Shown here piece after piece: positions 48,404 through 57,560 of a stretch of DNA of 64,000 nt. This DNA is from an uncultured Planctomycetia bacterium (GTDB taxonomy: Bacteria > Omnitrophota > Gorgyraeia > Tantalellales > Tantalellaceae): contig CAYPCX010000004.1 in NCBI GenBank assembly GCA_964409365.1, positions 21,015 to 85,014 on the forward strand. The letters are read 5' to 3'. The notes under the pieces were generated by a model that was not told the origin of the DNA, did no database searches, and saw nothing but the letters and a program-made list of their open reading frames with translations. Position 1 is the first letter of the stretch. Each line of letters starts with the position of its first letter. The position numbers and the translations under genes are program-made.

Positions 48404-49421
48404 AACAAGGATAGAACACGTAACGGTGCTGACCGCCGCGGTGACGTTTTTGGCGGTCGCCGTGCTTTTTCTCCCGGCGTGTGTGCCCACTTATCCCAAA
48501 GAGAAACTCGCCGGTGCCGTCCAATCCGTCTGCAAGACAGAATACAATATGGACGTGGACGTCATCGTGGTGGATTCCACAATGGGCATCTATTACCCCA
48601 TGAAAGGCCTTCTGGACGTGGGTCTGGGCATAAGCGAAAGCGCCTGGGACGAGATAAGCAATCTTATCCTCGTCGCTTCGCGTGTTGTTTTGAGTACGGA
48701 TGCTGATATCAAATTCTACTGTGTGATAACGCAGGACGCAAGACTGCCGGAACTCCAGGTGGTCATAATAAAGTACGTAGAGGACGTGAAACGCGGGATG
48801 TACCGCAACATTTCGAGGAACGAATCGTTCAAGAGAACGCTTTTCAGCATCAACCTCACGCCCCAGGCGAAGAAAGAACGTTCCATAGAGAAGGTCTTCG
48901 ACAAGCTGGGAGTTGAGGATGAGACCCGCCAGAAGGTGCTGAACGAGTTCTTCAGGACCACCCCCACCAAACTAAGCGACATAGGCTACTGGCGCGACAG
49001 GTTCTACCTCAAGGATATTACGATGCCGGAATTCCTGGCGTCGCAGATAGCCAACAGGGTAAAGATAGATTTCAGGGGCGAAAATAAACTGAAAGAGAAC
49101 TTTAATTTTAAATCTTCCGAAGGCACTTATATCTCCGGCGCGGAAGGCGGATTTTTCATGATCAAGTTCAAGATAGCCGACCAGGTGAGCGACGCGGAAC
49201 TGACGAACCCTAAGGTCAAAAAAGTGCAGGAGATATTACATGTAGCCAACGTAGTGTTGACCGGGTACAAGTTCAAGGATTTTGAATACCTGGTCATGGA
49301 TGACCAGCTTGAGAACGCCAGGCTCACGGTCAAAGGCGAGGACGTCTATGATTTCAACCGGAAAAAGCTGGCGGTCAAAGATATCGTGACAGCCCCGGAG
49401 GGTTATTTTTCCAGCATGTAA
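48390..49421 (+). CDS. Hypothetical lipoprotein
   Basis: Basic N-terminus, hydrophobic stretch, lipobox-like LPAC. Confidence 0.7.
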   Translation: MKKRKTRIEHVTVLTAAVTFLAVAVLFLPACVPTYPKEKLAGAVQSVCKTEYNMDVDVIVVDSTMGIYYPMKGLLDVGLGISESAWDEISNLILVASRVVLSTDADIKFYCVITQDARLPELQVVIIKYVEDVKRGMYRNISRNESFKRTLFSINLTPQAKKERSIEKVFDKLGVEDETRQKVLNEFFRTTPTKLSDIGYWRDRFYLKDITMPEFLASQIANRVKIDFRGENKLKENFNFKSSEGTYISGAEGGFFMIKFKIADQVSDAELTNPKVKKVQEILHVANVVLTGYKFKDFEYLVMDDQLENARLTVKGEDVYDFNRKKLAVKDIVTAPEGYFSSM

Positions 49422-49451
49422 ATACTGAAGACAATCGAAGGAGATCATTCG

Positions 49452-50405
49452 ATGGGTGAGGAGAAAGTGGTTAAAAAAGAAGCTACGAGAGACGGTTTCG
49501 GAAAGGGACTGTTGGAACTCGGCCAGACCAATAAAAACGTGGTGGTATTGTCAGCCGACCTTACCGAATCATGCAGGGCTCACTGGTTCAAGGATAAGTA
49601 TCCCGAGAGGTTCGTCAGCCACGGGGTCGCGGAACAGGATATGATAGGGACGGCCGCGGGCCTTGCCCTTTCCGGAAAGATCCCTTTTGCCTGCACGTTC
49701 GGCGCTTTCGCGAGCGGACGGGCATGGGACCAGGTGAGGGTCTCCGTGGCATACATGAACCTTAACGTCAACATAGCGGGCAGCCACGGCGGGATCTCGG
49801 TCGGGGGGGACGGGGCCACGCATCAGGCCATCGAGGAGATATCCCTGATGAGGATACTTCCCAACATGACGGTCGTCGTCCCGGCTGACTCGGACGAAGC
49901 TTGCCAGGCTACCAAGCAGGCCACAGAGATACAGGGGCCCGTTTATCTCAGGTTGGGCCGGGCTCCCGTGCCTTTTCTTGAAAAGAAGGCTCCTTTCAGG
50001 ATAGGCAAGGCGGAGGTTCTGACAGAAGGAATGGACCTTACCATAATCGCATGCGGACATATGGTCTTCAAGGCGGTCGAGGCGGCGGAACGGCTGAAGT
50101 CAAAGAACATAAACGCAAGGGTAATAAATCTCCATACCCCCAAACCCATAGATGAAGAAACCATTGTGAAAGCTGCCGAGGAAACGGGCGCTGTCCTGAC
50201 CGTAGAAGAGCACACTGTCTATGGCGGTATGGGAAGCGCCGTTGCCGAGGTCCTTGTGGAAAGAAAGCCCGTTCCGATGAGGTTCATGGGGATAAGGGAC
50301 CAGTTCGGCGTAAGCGGTAAACCGGACGAGCTTTTCAAACACTTTGGATTGACCACGGATGATATAGCGCGCGAAGCGGAAGAACTCCTGAAGAAAAAAA
50401 CATGA
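49452..50405 (+). CDS. Transketolase C-terminal subunit
   Basis: ATRDGFG, GVAEQ, DGATHQ, YLRLGR, VEEH. Confidence 0.95.
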   Translation: MGEEKVVKKEATRDGFGKGLLELGQTNKNVVVLSADLTESCRAHWFKDKYPERFVSHGVAEQDMIGTAAGLALSGKIPFACTFGAFASGRAWDQVRVSVAYMNLNVNIAGSHGGISVGGDGATHQAIEEISLMRILPNMTVVVPADSDEACQATKQATEIQGPVYLRLGRAPVPFLEKKAPFRIGKAEVLTEGMDLTIIACGHMVFKAVEAAERLKSKNINARVINLHTPKPIDEETIVKAAEETGAVLTVEEHTVYGGMGSAVAEVLVERKPVPMRFMGIRDQFGVSGKPDELFKHFGLTTDDIAREAEELLKKKT

Positions 50406-51262
50406 TCCTGACCGCACCCGCCAAGGTAAATCTTTACCTTAGAGTCATCTCGCGCAGAGAAGATGGTTATCACGAGATAGAGACCCTGTTCGAAAGGGTC
50501 TCCCTTTTTGACCGCGTTTCGATCGAGCCTGCAGAGGACAGAACAATAATATCCTGCGATGACGAAAAGGTCCCTACGGACGGCGACAGCCTGATGGCAC
50601 GGACGGTGGACGCTTTCAGGGACCGGACCGGCGAGAAAGGCCATTTCCGGATCGGTTTGGAGAAAAATATACCCGTGAGCGCCGGCCTGGGAGGAGGGTC
50701 AAGCGATGCCGCGGCGCTGCTTAAAGGGCTTAACGAGCTGACCGGTTCGCCTCTCGAAGATAATAGCCTGCGGGATATCGGGGCCGTCCTGGGAGCGGAT
50801 ATACCGTTTTTCCTGAGTGATTGCAGTTTTGCCCTGGGGACGGGCCGCGGCGACGTGATCAGCGTAGTGGATACAGAGACCAGTATCCGGCATATCATCG
50901 TCACTCCCCCCTTTGGGGTATCCACAAAGGATATATATGATAAGGCGTCCGCTTTTGACTTGACAGAAGAAAGGGGCGTTGATAGAATAATCACCGCTTT
51001 TCTGAAAGAAAATGACGCAAAGAACATAGCCGAAAATCTTCGTAACGATTTACAACAAATAGTATTACGAGATTTCCCGGTGCTTGAAGAGGTTATTTCC
51101 GAATTGAGGGAAGCGGGGGCGCAAGGGGTGCTTTTGTCCGGAAGCGGCCCCACTGTTTTCGGTATATTCGGCCGAACGGAAGCCATTCAAGCGGAAAAGC
51201 TCATCAGACAGGCGTTCAGGGCAGAAGAAGGCTGGCGCATTTTTGCAGCTAAGACGTGCTGA
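50402..51262 (+). CDS. ispE: 4-diphosphocytidyl-2-C-methyl-D-erythritol kinase
   Basis: APAKVNL, GYHEI, AGLGGGSSDAA, GADIPFF, SGSGP. Confidence 0.96.
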   Translation: MILTAPAKVNLYLRVISRREDGYHEIETLFERVSLFDRVSIEPAEDRTIISCDDEKVPTDGDSLMARTVDAFRDRTGEKGHFRIGLEKNIPVSAGLGGGSSDAAALLKGLNELTGSPLEDNSLRDIGAVLGADIPFFLSDCSFALGTGRGDVISVVDTETSIRHIIVTPPFGVSTKDIYDKASAFDLTEERGVDRIITAFLKENDAKNIAENLRNDLQQIVLRDFPVLEEVISELREAGAQGVLLSGSGPTVFGIFGRTEAIQAEKLIRQAFRAEEGWRIFAAKTC

Positions 51263-51298
51263 TAGCGGATCATACGCATCCACAGAAAGGAGAATGAT

Positions 51299-51820
51299 AT
51301 GCAGATCACGGAAGTCAGGATATTCCCCACGGAGAGCAAGGACGGCAAGCTGAAGGCGTTCGCTACCATGACCTTCGACGACTGGTTTGTTGTCCGGAAC
51401 GTCAAGATCATACAGGGGAACAACGGGCTTTTTGTGGCGATGCCTTCCAGAAAGGCCATGGACCCCTGTCCCAAGTGCAGGTTCAAGAACGCAAGAGGGA
51501 GCAAATACTGCAACCAGTGCGGCGGGCCCTTGCCCCAGCAGGAGGCGCAGGAAGACAGGGGAAAAAAGGGGCAGGGCGCTCATATGGACGTGGCCCATCC
51601 CGTAACTCAGGACTGCAGGGTGTATATACAGGAAAAGATACTTGCGGCTTACAACAGCGAGAAAGACAGGCAAAAGGCGGAAGGAAGCGCGTATAGGCCC
51701 GCGAGCGAAGCGGACCTTGACGCGGTGGTCGATAAGCTTTCCACCGACGGTAAGGTTGCCCCCGGAGGCGAAGGCATCGGGCCCGGCGATGTGGACGAGG
51801 CGCAAGATATAGAATTGTGA
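51299..51820 (+). CDS. spoVG: SpoVG family protein with zinc-ribbon insertion
   Basis: MQITEVRI, LKAFA, GLFVAMPSRK, DVAHP; inserted CPKC..CNQC. Confidence 0.9.
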   Translation: MQITEVRIFPTESKDGKLKAFATMTFDDWFVVRNVKIIQGNNGLFVAMPSRKAMDPCPKCRFKNARGSKYCNQCGGPLPQQEAQEDRGKKGQGAHMDVAHPVTQDCRVYIQEKILAAYNSEKDRQKAEGSAYRPASEADLDAVVDKLSTDGKVAPGGEGIGPGDVDEAQDIEL

Positions 51821-51844
51821 TTTTTGAGAATGCTGATCCCGCGG

Positions 51845-51918
51845 TGGCGGGTAGTGTAACGGTAGCACAGCAGCTTTTGGAGCTGCGCGTCAAGGTTCGA
51901 ATCCTTGCCCGCCAGCCA
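51845..51918 (+). tRNA. tRNA-Gln(TTG)
   Basis: Cloverleaf, GCAGC-TTTTGGA-GCTGC anticodon arm, encoded CCA. Confidence 0.95.
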
Positions 51919-52141
51919 GCGTGATGAGGTTTTAACGAGTATCGGCATGGAATTGTGCAGCGAGGATTCGAAGGGAGCTGCCGAGCCGAAAATAGGGAGC
52001 CGCGACGAGCAGGAGCGGCGACAACAACCGAGGCAGCGGGTGGCCGACCGGAGGGCGAAAATGTTTTCTGGCACGAGCGGTAGTGAGGGACGGTAAGAGA
52101 AGAAAAGCCCGCAGGCGCCGAATCCTTGCCCGCCAGCCAGC
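51898..52141 (+). mobile_element. About 220-bp non-coding element bounded by a duplicated tRNA-Gln 3' end
   Basis: 23-bp direct repeat CGAATCCTTGCCCGCCAGCCAGC at 51898-51920 and 52119-52141; internal anti-T-arm CGAGGATTCGAA at 51961. Confidence 0.7.
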
Positions 52142-52306
52142 AAATTGCGCTGTGCGCAATTTGCAGAGTATTCGAGATTCGAAAGTCGACAGTCGGAGAG
52201 AATAGAGAATCAAGAATACGGTCGAATTTCGATTATCGATTTCTCGGGAAACAATATCAAAGAACACAACAGAGCTTTTCGGCAGGTTCGATTCTAGAGA
52301 GGCATT

Positions 52307-53563
52307 ATGGAGAACATGACAGTTGTAATACTCGCGGCTGGATTGGGTACCAGGATGAAGACGGATATCCCCAAGGCGCTTCATCCGCTGTCGTCCGGGA
52401 CTATTATGGGAAAAATAGTCTCGAACCTGAAAAATGCCGGCGCGACCGACATGGTCGCGGTCGTAGGTTACAAGGCGGATCAGGTGGAAGAACGTTTCAA
52501 GGGAGAAATGAGGTTCGTCAGGCAGAAAGAGCTCCTCGGCAGCGGCGACGCTCTTGCGGCCGCCCTTAAATCCGTGCCTGAAGACAGGGGAGATGTCCTC
52601 GTCACGTGCGGGGATACACCGCTGATAACGGATACCACGTACAAGTTCCTTGTGAAGTCTCACCTGGGCGAGGAAGCGTCGTGCACTCTTTTGACCTGCA
52701 GGACGAGCGATCCTTATTCATACGGCAGGATAGTGAGAGATGATAGCGGCAAGGTGCTTAAGATAGTCGAGGAAAAGGACGCCTCCGAGGATGAAAAGAA
52801 GATCACGGAGATCAACGTCGGCACTTATTGTTTCCGCGTGTCCGATCTGAAAGAGTATATCCGTGGAATAGAGATGAACCAGAAGAAGAAAGAGTTCTAT
52901 CTCACGGATATCGTGGATATCCTTACTAAAAATGGGAAAAGGATAGTTACGCACAGCTGTGACCCGGAGGAAGCCATCGGGGTGAACTCGAGGAAAGACC
53001 TGGCCGAGGCCAACAAAGCGGTGAACAGACGGACGCTGGAAAAACTCATGGATTCCGGCGTGACCATCATGGATCCGGAGACCACTTACATAGACGATTC
53101 CGTTGCGATCGGGAAGGACACGGTCATATTCCCGTGCACGGTCATAGAAAATGACGTGGTAATAGCCGGCAGGTGCAAGATAGGCCCTTTTGCGCGCCTC
53201 AGGCCCGGCACGAAATTGTCCGAAGGCGTGGAAGTGGGCAATTACGCGGAACTCTGCCGGACAGAGGTCGGCAAGAACACGAAAATAAAGCACCAGTCAT
53301 ACCTGGGCGATACGGTGGTCGGCTCGGGCGTGAACATAGGGGCCGGGGTCATTACGGCCAATTATGACGGGAAGAATAAACACCGCACGGTGATCGAAGA
53401 TGCCGCTTTCATCGGGGTAGGCGTGATGCTGGTCGCCCCCGTGAAGATAGGAAAAGGCGCTGTTGTCGGGGCGGGCAGTGTCGTTACCAAGAATAAGGAC
53501 GTTCCCCCGGGAGTGACGGTCATAGGGATACCGGCGAGACCCCTTGTTTCCAGCAAAAAATAA
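52307..53563 (+). CDS. glmU: Bifunctional UDP-GlcNAc pyrophosphorylase / GlcN-1-P acetyltransferase
   Basis: LAAGLGTRMK, YGRIVR, EFYLTD, hexapeptide repeats, NYDG. Confidence 0.93.
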   Translation: MENMTVVILAAGLGTRMKTDIPKALHPLSSGTIMGKIVSNLKNAGATDMVAVVGYKADQVEERFKGEMRFVRQKELLGSGDALAAALKSVPEDRGDVLVTCGDTPLITDTTYKFLVKSHLGEEASCTLLTCRTSDPYSYGRIVRDDSGKVLKIVEEKDASEDEKKITEINVGTYCFRVSDLKEYIRGIEMNQKKKEFYLTDIVDILTKNGKRIVTHSCDPEEAIGVNSRKDLAEANKAVNRRTLEKLMDSGVTIMDPETTYIDDSVAIGKDTVIFPCTVIENDVVIAGRCKIGPFARLRPGTKLSEGVEVGNYAELCRTEVGKNTKIKHQSYLGDTVVGSGVNIGAGVITANYDGKNKHRTVIEDAAFIGVGVMLVAPVKIGKGAVVGAGSVVTKNKDVPPGVTVIGIPARPLVSSKK

Positions 53564-53574
53564 GGAGATGTGCC

Positions 53575-54510
53575 ATGGATAAACTGACGATTTTCAGCGG
53601 GAACGCCAATCCCGCCCTGGCGAGGAAGATATGCGAGAACATGGGCGTGGAACCGGGAGATATAGAAGTGGCGAGGTTCCGCGACGGTGAAACGCGGGTC
53701 AAGATAAGAGAGAACGTCAGAGGCAAGGATGTGTTCGTGGTACAGTCTACGTGCTTTCCCGCGAACGAGAACCTGATGGAACTGCTGATAATGCTGGATG
53801 CCATAAAACGCGCTTCCGCGCAGAGGATAACGGCTGTCCTGCCTTATTTCGGGTACGCCCGGCAGGACCGCAAGGACCAGCCGAGAGTGCCGATAACGGC
53901 AAAACTCGTGGCTAACCTGTTGAGCAGGGCGGGAGCGAACAGGATATTGACCATAGACCTCCATGCCGGTCAGATACAGGGCTTCTTCGACATGCCCATG
54001 GACCATCTGTACGCCGTGAGCATATTTCAGCAATACTTCGAGCGGAAAAAATTGAAGGACATAGTGATCGTTTCTCCGGATGTAGGAGGCATAAAGATGG
54101 CCAGGGCCTATGCTAAAAGGTTCAGGGCGGGGCTGGCTATCGTGGATAAACGCCGGATAAACGACGAAGCCGCCGAGGTCATGCATATAATGGGCGACGT
54201 GGAAGGGAAGAACGTGCTTCTGGTGGATGATATGGTGGCTACGGCGGGGAGCCTCGTGGAGGCCACCGGCGCGCTAAAGAAAAACGGCGCGAGAGATATC
54301 TACGCCGCGATAACGCACCCGGTGCTGTGCGGTCCGGCCCTGGAAAGATTGGGATCTTCCCAGGTAAAGGAACTGGTCGTGACTGATACTATACCGATGG
54401 ACAAGGATAAGTTCCTGAAGAACATAAAACAGCTTTCGGTGGCGGAGCTTCTGGCGGAGGCTATAAGAAGGATACACAACGAGGAATCCATAAGCGCCTT
54501 GTTTGAATAA
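53575..54510 (+). CDS. prs: Ribose-phosphate pyrophosphokinase
   Basis: PYFGYARQDRK, DLHAGQIQGFF, VDDMVATAGS. Confidence 0.97.
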   Translation: MDKLTIFSGNANPALARKICENMGVEPGDIEVARFRDGETRVKIRENVRGKDVFVVQSTCFPANENLMELLIMLDAIKRASAQRITAVLPYFGYARQDRKDQPRVPITAKLVANLLSRAGANRILTIDLHAGQIQGFFDMPMDHLYAVSIFQQYFERKKLKDIVIVSPDVGGIKMARAYAKRFRAGLAIVDKRRINDEAAEVMHIMGDVEGKNVLLVDDMVATAGSLVEATGALKKNGARDIYAAITHPVLCGPALERLGSSQVKELVVTDTIPMDKDKFLKNIKQLSVAELLAEAIRRIHNEESISALFE

Positions 54511-54630
54511 CAGAAGACAGAGGACAGAGAACAGAAGACAGATAACAGAAAACAGATCATAGTATCTTTTAACATCAAACACCTAATATCTGACTTCTGA
54601 ATTCTGACATCTGACGTCTGATTTCTGAAA
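54511..54630. repeat. Inverted pair of heptamer arrays (7x CAGANNA / 6x TCTGANN)
   Basis: Directly visible between prs and rplY. Confidence 0.9.
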
Positions 54631-54649
54631 AAGAGGGAAGGTGGTATAG

Positions 54650-55366
54650 ATGGAAAAGGTGGTATTGAAAGCGTTAGTTAGAGAAGGCGTGGGGAAAAGC
54701 GCCTGTAAGCACCTGAGGAAAGACGGCAGGATACCGGCGGTGGTGTATAAGGACGGCAAGCGCGGCCTCGGCATCCAGGTCGACAACAAAGACCTGTGGC
54801 ACGCACTGCATACCGAAGCCGGGGAGAACGTCATCATCACGATGAACATCTCGGGCGGCGACAAACCGGCCAAAAAAACGGTGATAGTGAAGGATATCCA
54901 GGTAGACCCGATCAATGAAAAATTCCTCCATGTGGATTTCAAGGAGATCTCTCTGAAAGATAAACTGAAGGTAAAAGTACCTGTTATCGTCAAGGGTGAA
55001 GCCGCAGGCGTGAAGGAAGAAGAAGGCGTTTTAAGCCAGATCCTGTGGGAGATCGAGGTAGAGTGTCTGCCGACCGAGATACCCGAACATATCGAGGTTC
55101 ACGTGGAAGACCTGCACATTAACGACTCTATCCATGTCAGGGACATAAAGATCGAGGGAAATATCCAGGTCCTTGATGACCCGGAACAGCCGGTAGTGAC
55201 CGTTTCCCCGCCGATGAAAGAAGAGGAAGAGGTTGTGGCCGAAGTACCGGGAGAAGAGGCGGAAGAGCCGGAAGTTATCAAGAAAGGCAAGAAAGAGGAA
55301 GAAGAAGCTCCCGAAGAGGAAGCAGCCGGTGGTGCCGGTGGCGGCAGGGAAGAGGCAGAAAGCTGA
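54650..55366 (+). CDS. rplY: 50S ribosomal protein bL25/Ctc
   Basis: GRIPAVVY, HVDF, IPEHI, acidic tail. Confidence 0.95.
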   Translation: MEKVVLKALVREGVGKSACKHLRKDGRIPAVVYKDGKRGLGIQVDNKDLWHALHTEAGENVIITMNISGGDKPAKKTVIVKDIQVDPINEKFLHVDFKEISLKDKLKVKVPVIVKGEAAGVKEEEGVLSQILWEIEVECLPTEIPEHIEVHVEDLHINDSIHVRDIKIEGNIQVLDDPEQPVVTVSPPMKEEEEVVAEVPGEEAEEPEVIKKGKKEEEEAPEEEAAGGAGGGREEAES

Positions 55367-55368
55367 TA

Positions 55369-55926
55369 ATGAAGATCATCATAGGGCTCGGCAACCCGGG
55401 CCTGAGGTACAGGAACACCCGGCACAACGTCGGTTTTTTTGTCATAAGAACGCTTGCTAAAAGGCACGGGATAAACATCAGGAAAAAGGGCTTCGGAGGC
55501 CGCCGCGGCACGGGACGTATCGGGGGCCGGGAGGTCATGTTGTTCGAGCCTTTGACGTATATGAACCTTTCCGGGGAAGCGGTGAAAGCCGTCTGTTCCT
55601 CCCGCCTGGGCGACCGTGAAGATCTTCTGGTCATCAGTGACGATGTGAACCTGCCGCTGGGGAGTATACGGCTGAGGCAGAAAGGGTCCGCAGGCGGACA
55701 TAACGGGCTCCAGTCCATTATAGATCTCTGGGGCCCCGATTTCGCCAGATTGAGGGTCGGAATAGGACGGGAAGGCGCAATGGCGGACATGACCGGTTAT
55801 GTGCTTTCCTCTTTCCCGCGCGGGGAAAGGGCGGCCCTTGAAAAAGCGGTACAGGCCGCGTCAGATTGCGCGGAAATATGGCTGAAAGAGGGCGTGAAAA
55901 CGGCCATGAGCAGCTGTAATAGTTAG
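55369..55926 (+). CDS. pth: Peptidyl-tRNA hydrolase
   Basis: GLGNPG, TRHNVG, TYMNLSG, GGHNGL. Confidence 0.97.
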   Translation: MKIIIGLGNPGLRYRNTRHNVGFFVIRTLAKRHGINIRKKGFGGRRGTGRIGGREVMLFEPLTYMNLSGEAVKAVCSSRLGDREDLLVISDDVNLPLGSIRLRQKGSAGGHNGLQSIIDLWGPDFARLRVGIGREGAMADMTGYVLSSFPRGERAALEKAVQAASDCAEIWLKEGVKTAMSSCNS

Positions 55927-55997
55927 CGTATATATAATAGTTGAATAAACAAAAGGGTTGTGTTATCATCTAACAAACAAATTCGATAGGTAAAAAC

Positions 55998-56288
55998 ATG
56001 GATGAGGCCAGATCGTATTTAGGAGTGTTTATAATCGCTCCCGAGAAGGAAGAGTCGATAGACGAGGTGCGAAAGAGCATAAGTTCTGTTATCGGCGACA
56101 ATTCCGGGAACGTGACGGAAGAGACCCTTAAGGGTAAGAGAAGACTGTCTTACCCCGTCAAGAAGAAGGCGGAGGGTATCTACTACGAGGTGGTCTTCAG
56201 CGCGGATCCCGGTGTCATAGCCAAGATAAAACGCCAGTGTGAGATCAAAGCGGACATTCTGAGAGTGCTGATAGACAGCAAAAAATAG
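55998..56288 (+). CDS. rpsF: 30S ribosomal protein bS6
   Basis: GKRRLSYPVKK..EGIY; synteny with ssb-rpsR. Confidence 0.9.
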   Translation: MDEARSYLGVFIIAPEKEESIDEVRKSISSVIGDNSGNVTEETLKGKRRLSYPVKKKAEGIYYEVVFSADPGVIAKIKRQCEIKADILRVLIDSKK

Positions 56289-56299
56289 GAGGAGCCGTC

Positions 56300-56749
56300 A
56301 TGGCTGCCAGTCTGAACAAGGTCTTCTTGATGGGAAATCTGACCAGGGACCCGGAGCTGAGGTATGTGCCCAGCGGGACCGCTGTCGCCAACTTTACTAT
56401 TGCCGTTAACCGGCCTTACAAGGATTCTTCCGGCGAGAAGAAGGAAGAGGTCTCCTTTATAAGGGTGGTCGTTTGGGGCAAGATGGCGGAAGTCTGCGGT
56501 GAGTATCTTGCAAAAGGCAGGCCGGTGCTGGTGGAAGGGCGCCTTAAGACAAGATCATGGGAAGGGCAGGACGGCCAGAAACGGAGCACCATGGAAGTGG
56601 TGGCGACCAGCGTACAGTTCATAGGCGCCAGGGCGAGGGGCGAAGCGCAGCAAAGGCCCGCTGCCGGGGCGGCCGTGAACGAAACGTACGGAGAAGTAGA
56701 GTCGATAGATATGGACCAGCAAACCGGGGGAGAAGAGATCCCGTTTTAA
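56300..56749 (+). CDS. ssb: Single-stranded DNA-binding protein
   Basis: NKVFLMGNLTRDPELR, VEGRL, C-terminal EIPF. Confidence 0.97.
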   Translation: MAASLNKVFLMGNLTRDPELRYVPSGTAVANFTIAVNRPYKDSSGEKKEEVSFIRVVVWGKMAEVCGEYLAKGRPVLVEGRLKTRSWEGQDGQKRSTMEVVATSVQFIGARARGEAQQRPAAGAAVNETYGEVESIDMDQQTGGEEIPF

Positions 56750-56770
56750 GTAATGAGGTGAGTGAAAGAG

Positions 56771-57076
56771 ATGGCTAAAAAAAAGCAGGTAAAGAAGACC
56801 AGGAGAATATTCAAAAAAAGGCCCTGCCGTCTGTGCAAGGAGAAACTGGAGTCTATTGATTACATCAAAGACGTCGATCTTTTGGGCAGGTTCGTTTCGG
56901 ACAGGGGCAAGATCATACCTTCGCGTGTTTCGGGCAACTGCGCCAAACATCAACGCATGGTGTCCAAAGGCATCAAAAAGGCGAGAGTAGCCGCCCTTCT
57001 GCCGTTCGTAAAGATCAAACCCGGGCTCAGCAGGAGAGGCGACAGGGGCGACAGGGGCGACAGGGGGGACAGATGA
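56771..57076 (+). CDS. rpsR: 30S ribosomal protein bS18 with (GDR)n tail
   Basis: [32 protein letters not shown]. Confidence 0.95.
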   Translation: MAKKKQVKKTRRIFKKRPCRLCKEKLESIDYIKDVDLLGRFVSDRGKIIPSRVSGNCAKHQRMVSKGIKKARVAALLPFVKIKPGLSRRGDRGDRGDRGDR

Positions 57077-57516
57077 AGGTCATCCTCCTGAAGGAAGTGG
57101 GCGGCTTAGGCGATATAGGTGATGAAGTGGAGGTCAAGGACGGGTACGCCAGGAACTACCTGATACCCCGGAAGCTCGTGATAGCGTCTACAAAGGGCGC
57201 TCTTAAGATACTGGAGCAGAAGAGGCACCAAAGGGAACGTAAAGAAAAGCAGCTTAAGGAAGAAGCCGAGCGAATAGCCGAGAAACTGGCGAACGTTTCC
57301 TGTACGATCTCCATGGAAGCCGGCGAAGAAGAGAAGCTCTTCGGTTCCGTGACCTCTGAGATGATAGCCGAGAGCCTGCACGGTGAAGGGTTCGAAATAG
57401 ACAAGAAGAACGTTCGGCTGGAAGAACCTATAAAGTCATTAGGCGTGTATAATGTTGACGTTTGGTTGCATTCGGAAGTCAAGGCCCAGATACGTATCTG
57501 GGTCGTTAAAAAATAG
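57073..57516 (+). CDS. rplI: 50S ribosomal protein bL9
   Basis: [25 protein letters not shown]. Confidence 0.97.
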   Translation: MKVILLKEVGGLGDIGDEVEVKDGYARNYLIPRKLVIASTKGALKILEQKRHQRERKEKQLKEEAERIAEKLANVSCTISMEAGEEEKLFGSVTSEMIAESLHGEGFEIDKKNVRLEEPIKSLGVYNVDVWLHSEVKAQIRIWVVKK

Positions 57517-57560
57517 ATTTTCCTTCCTTGAGATTTAACTCGACAAAGTAGGGTCGTAAA

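Noticed and set aside
51905-52569. ORFs 51905-52096, 52126-52569 and 51932-52663
   Set aside because: They overlap the tRNA-derived element and glmU in other frames and have no recognisable protein features
52307-53563. glmU as a pseudogene because it is short (418 aa)
   Set aside because: The frame is intact with both domains' motifs; it has only a shortened hexapeptide region
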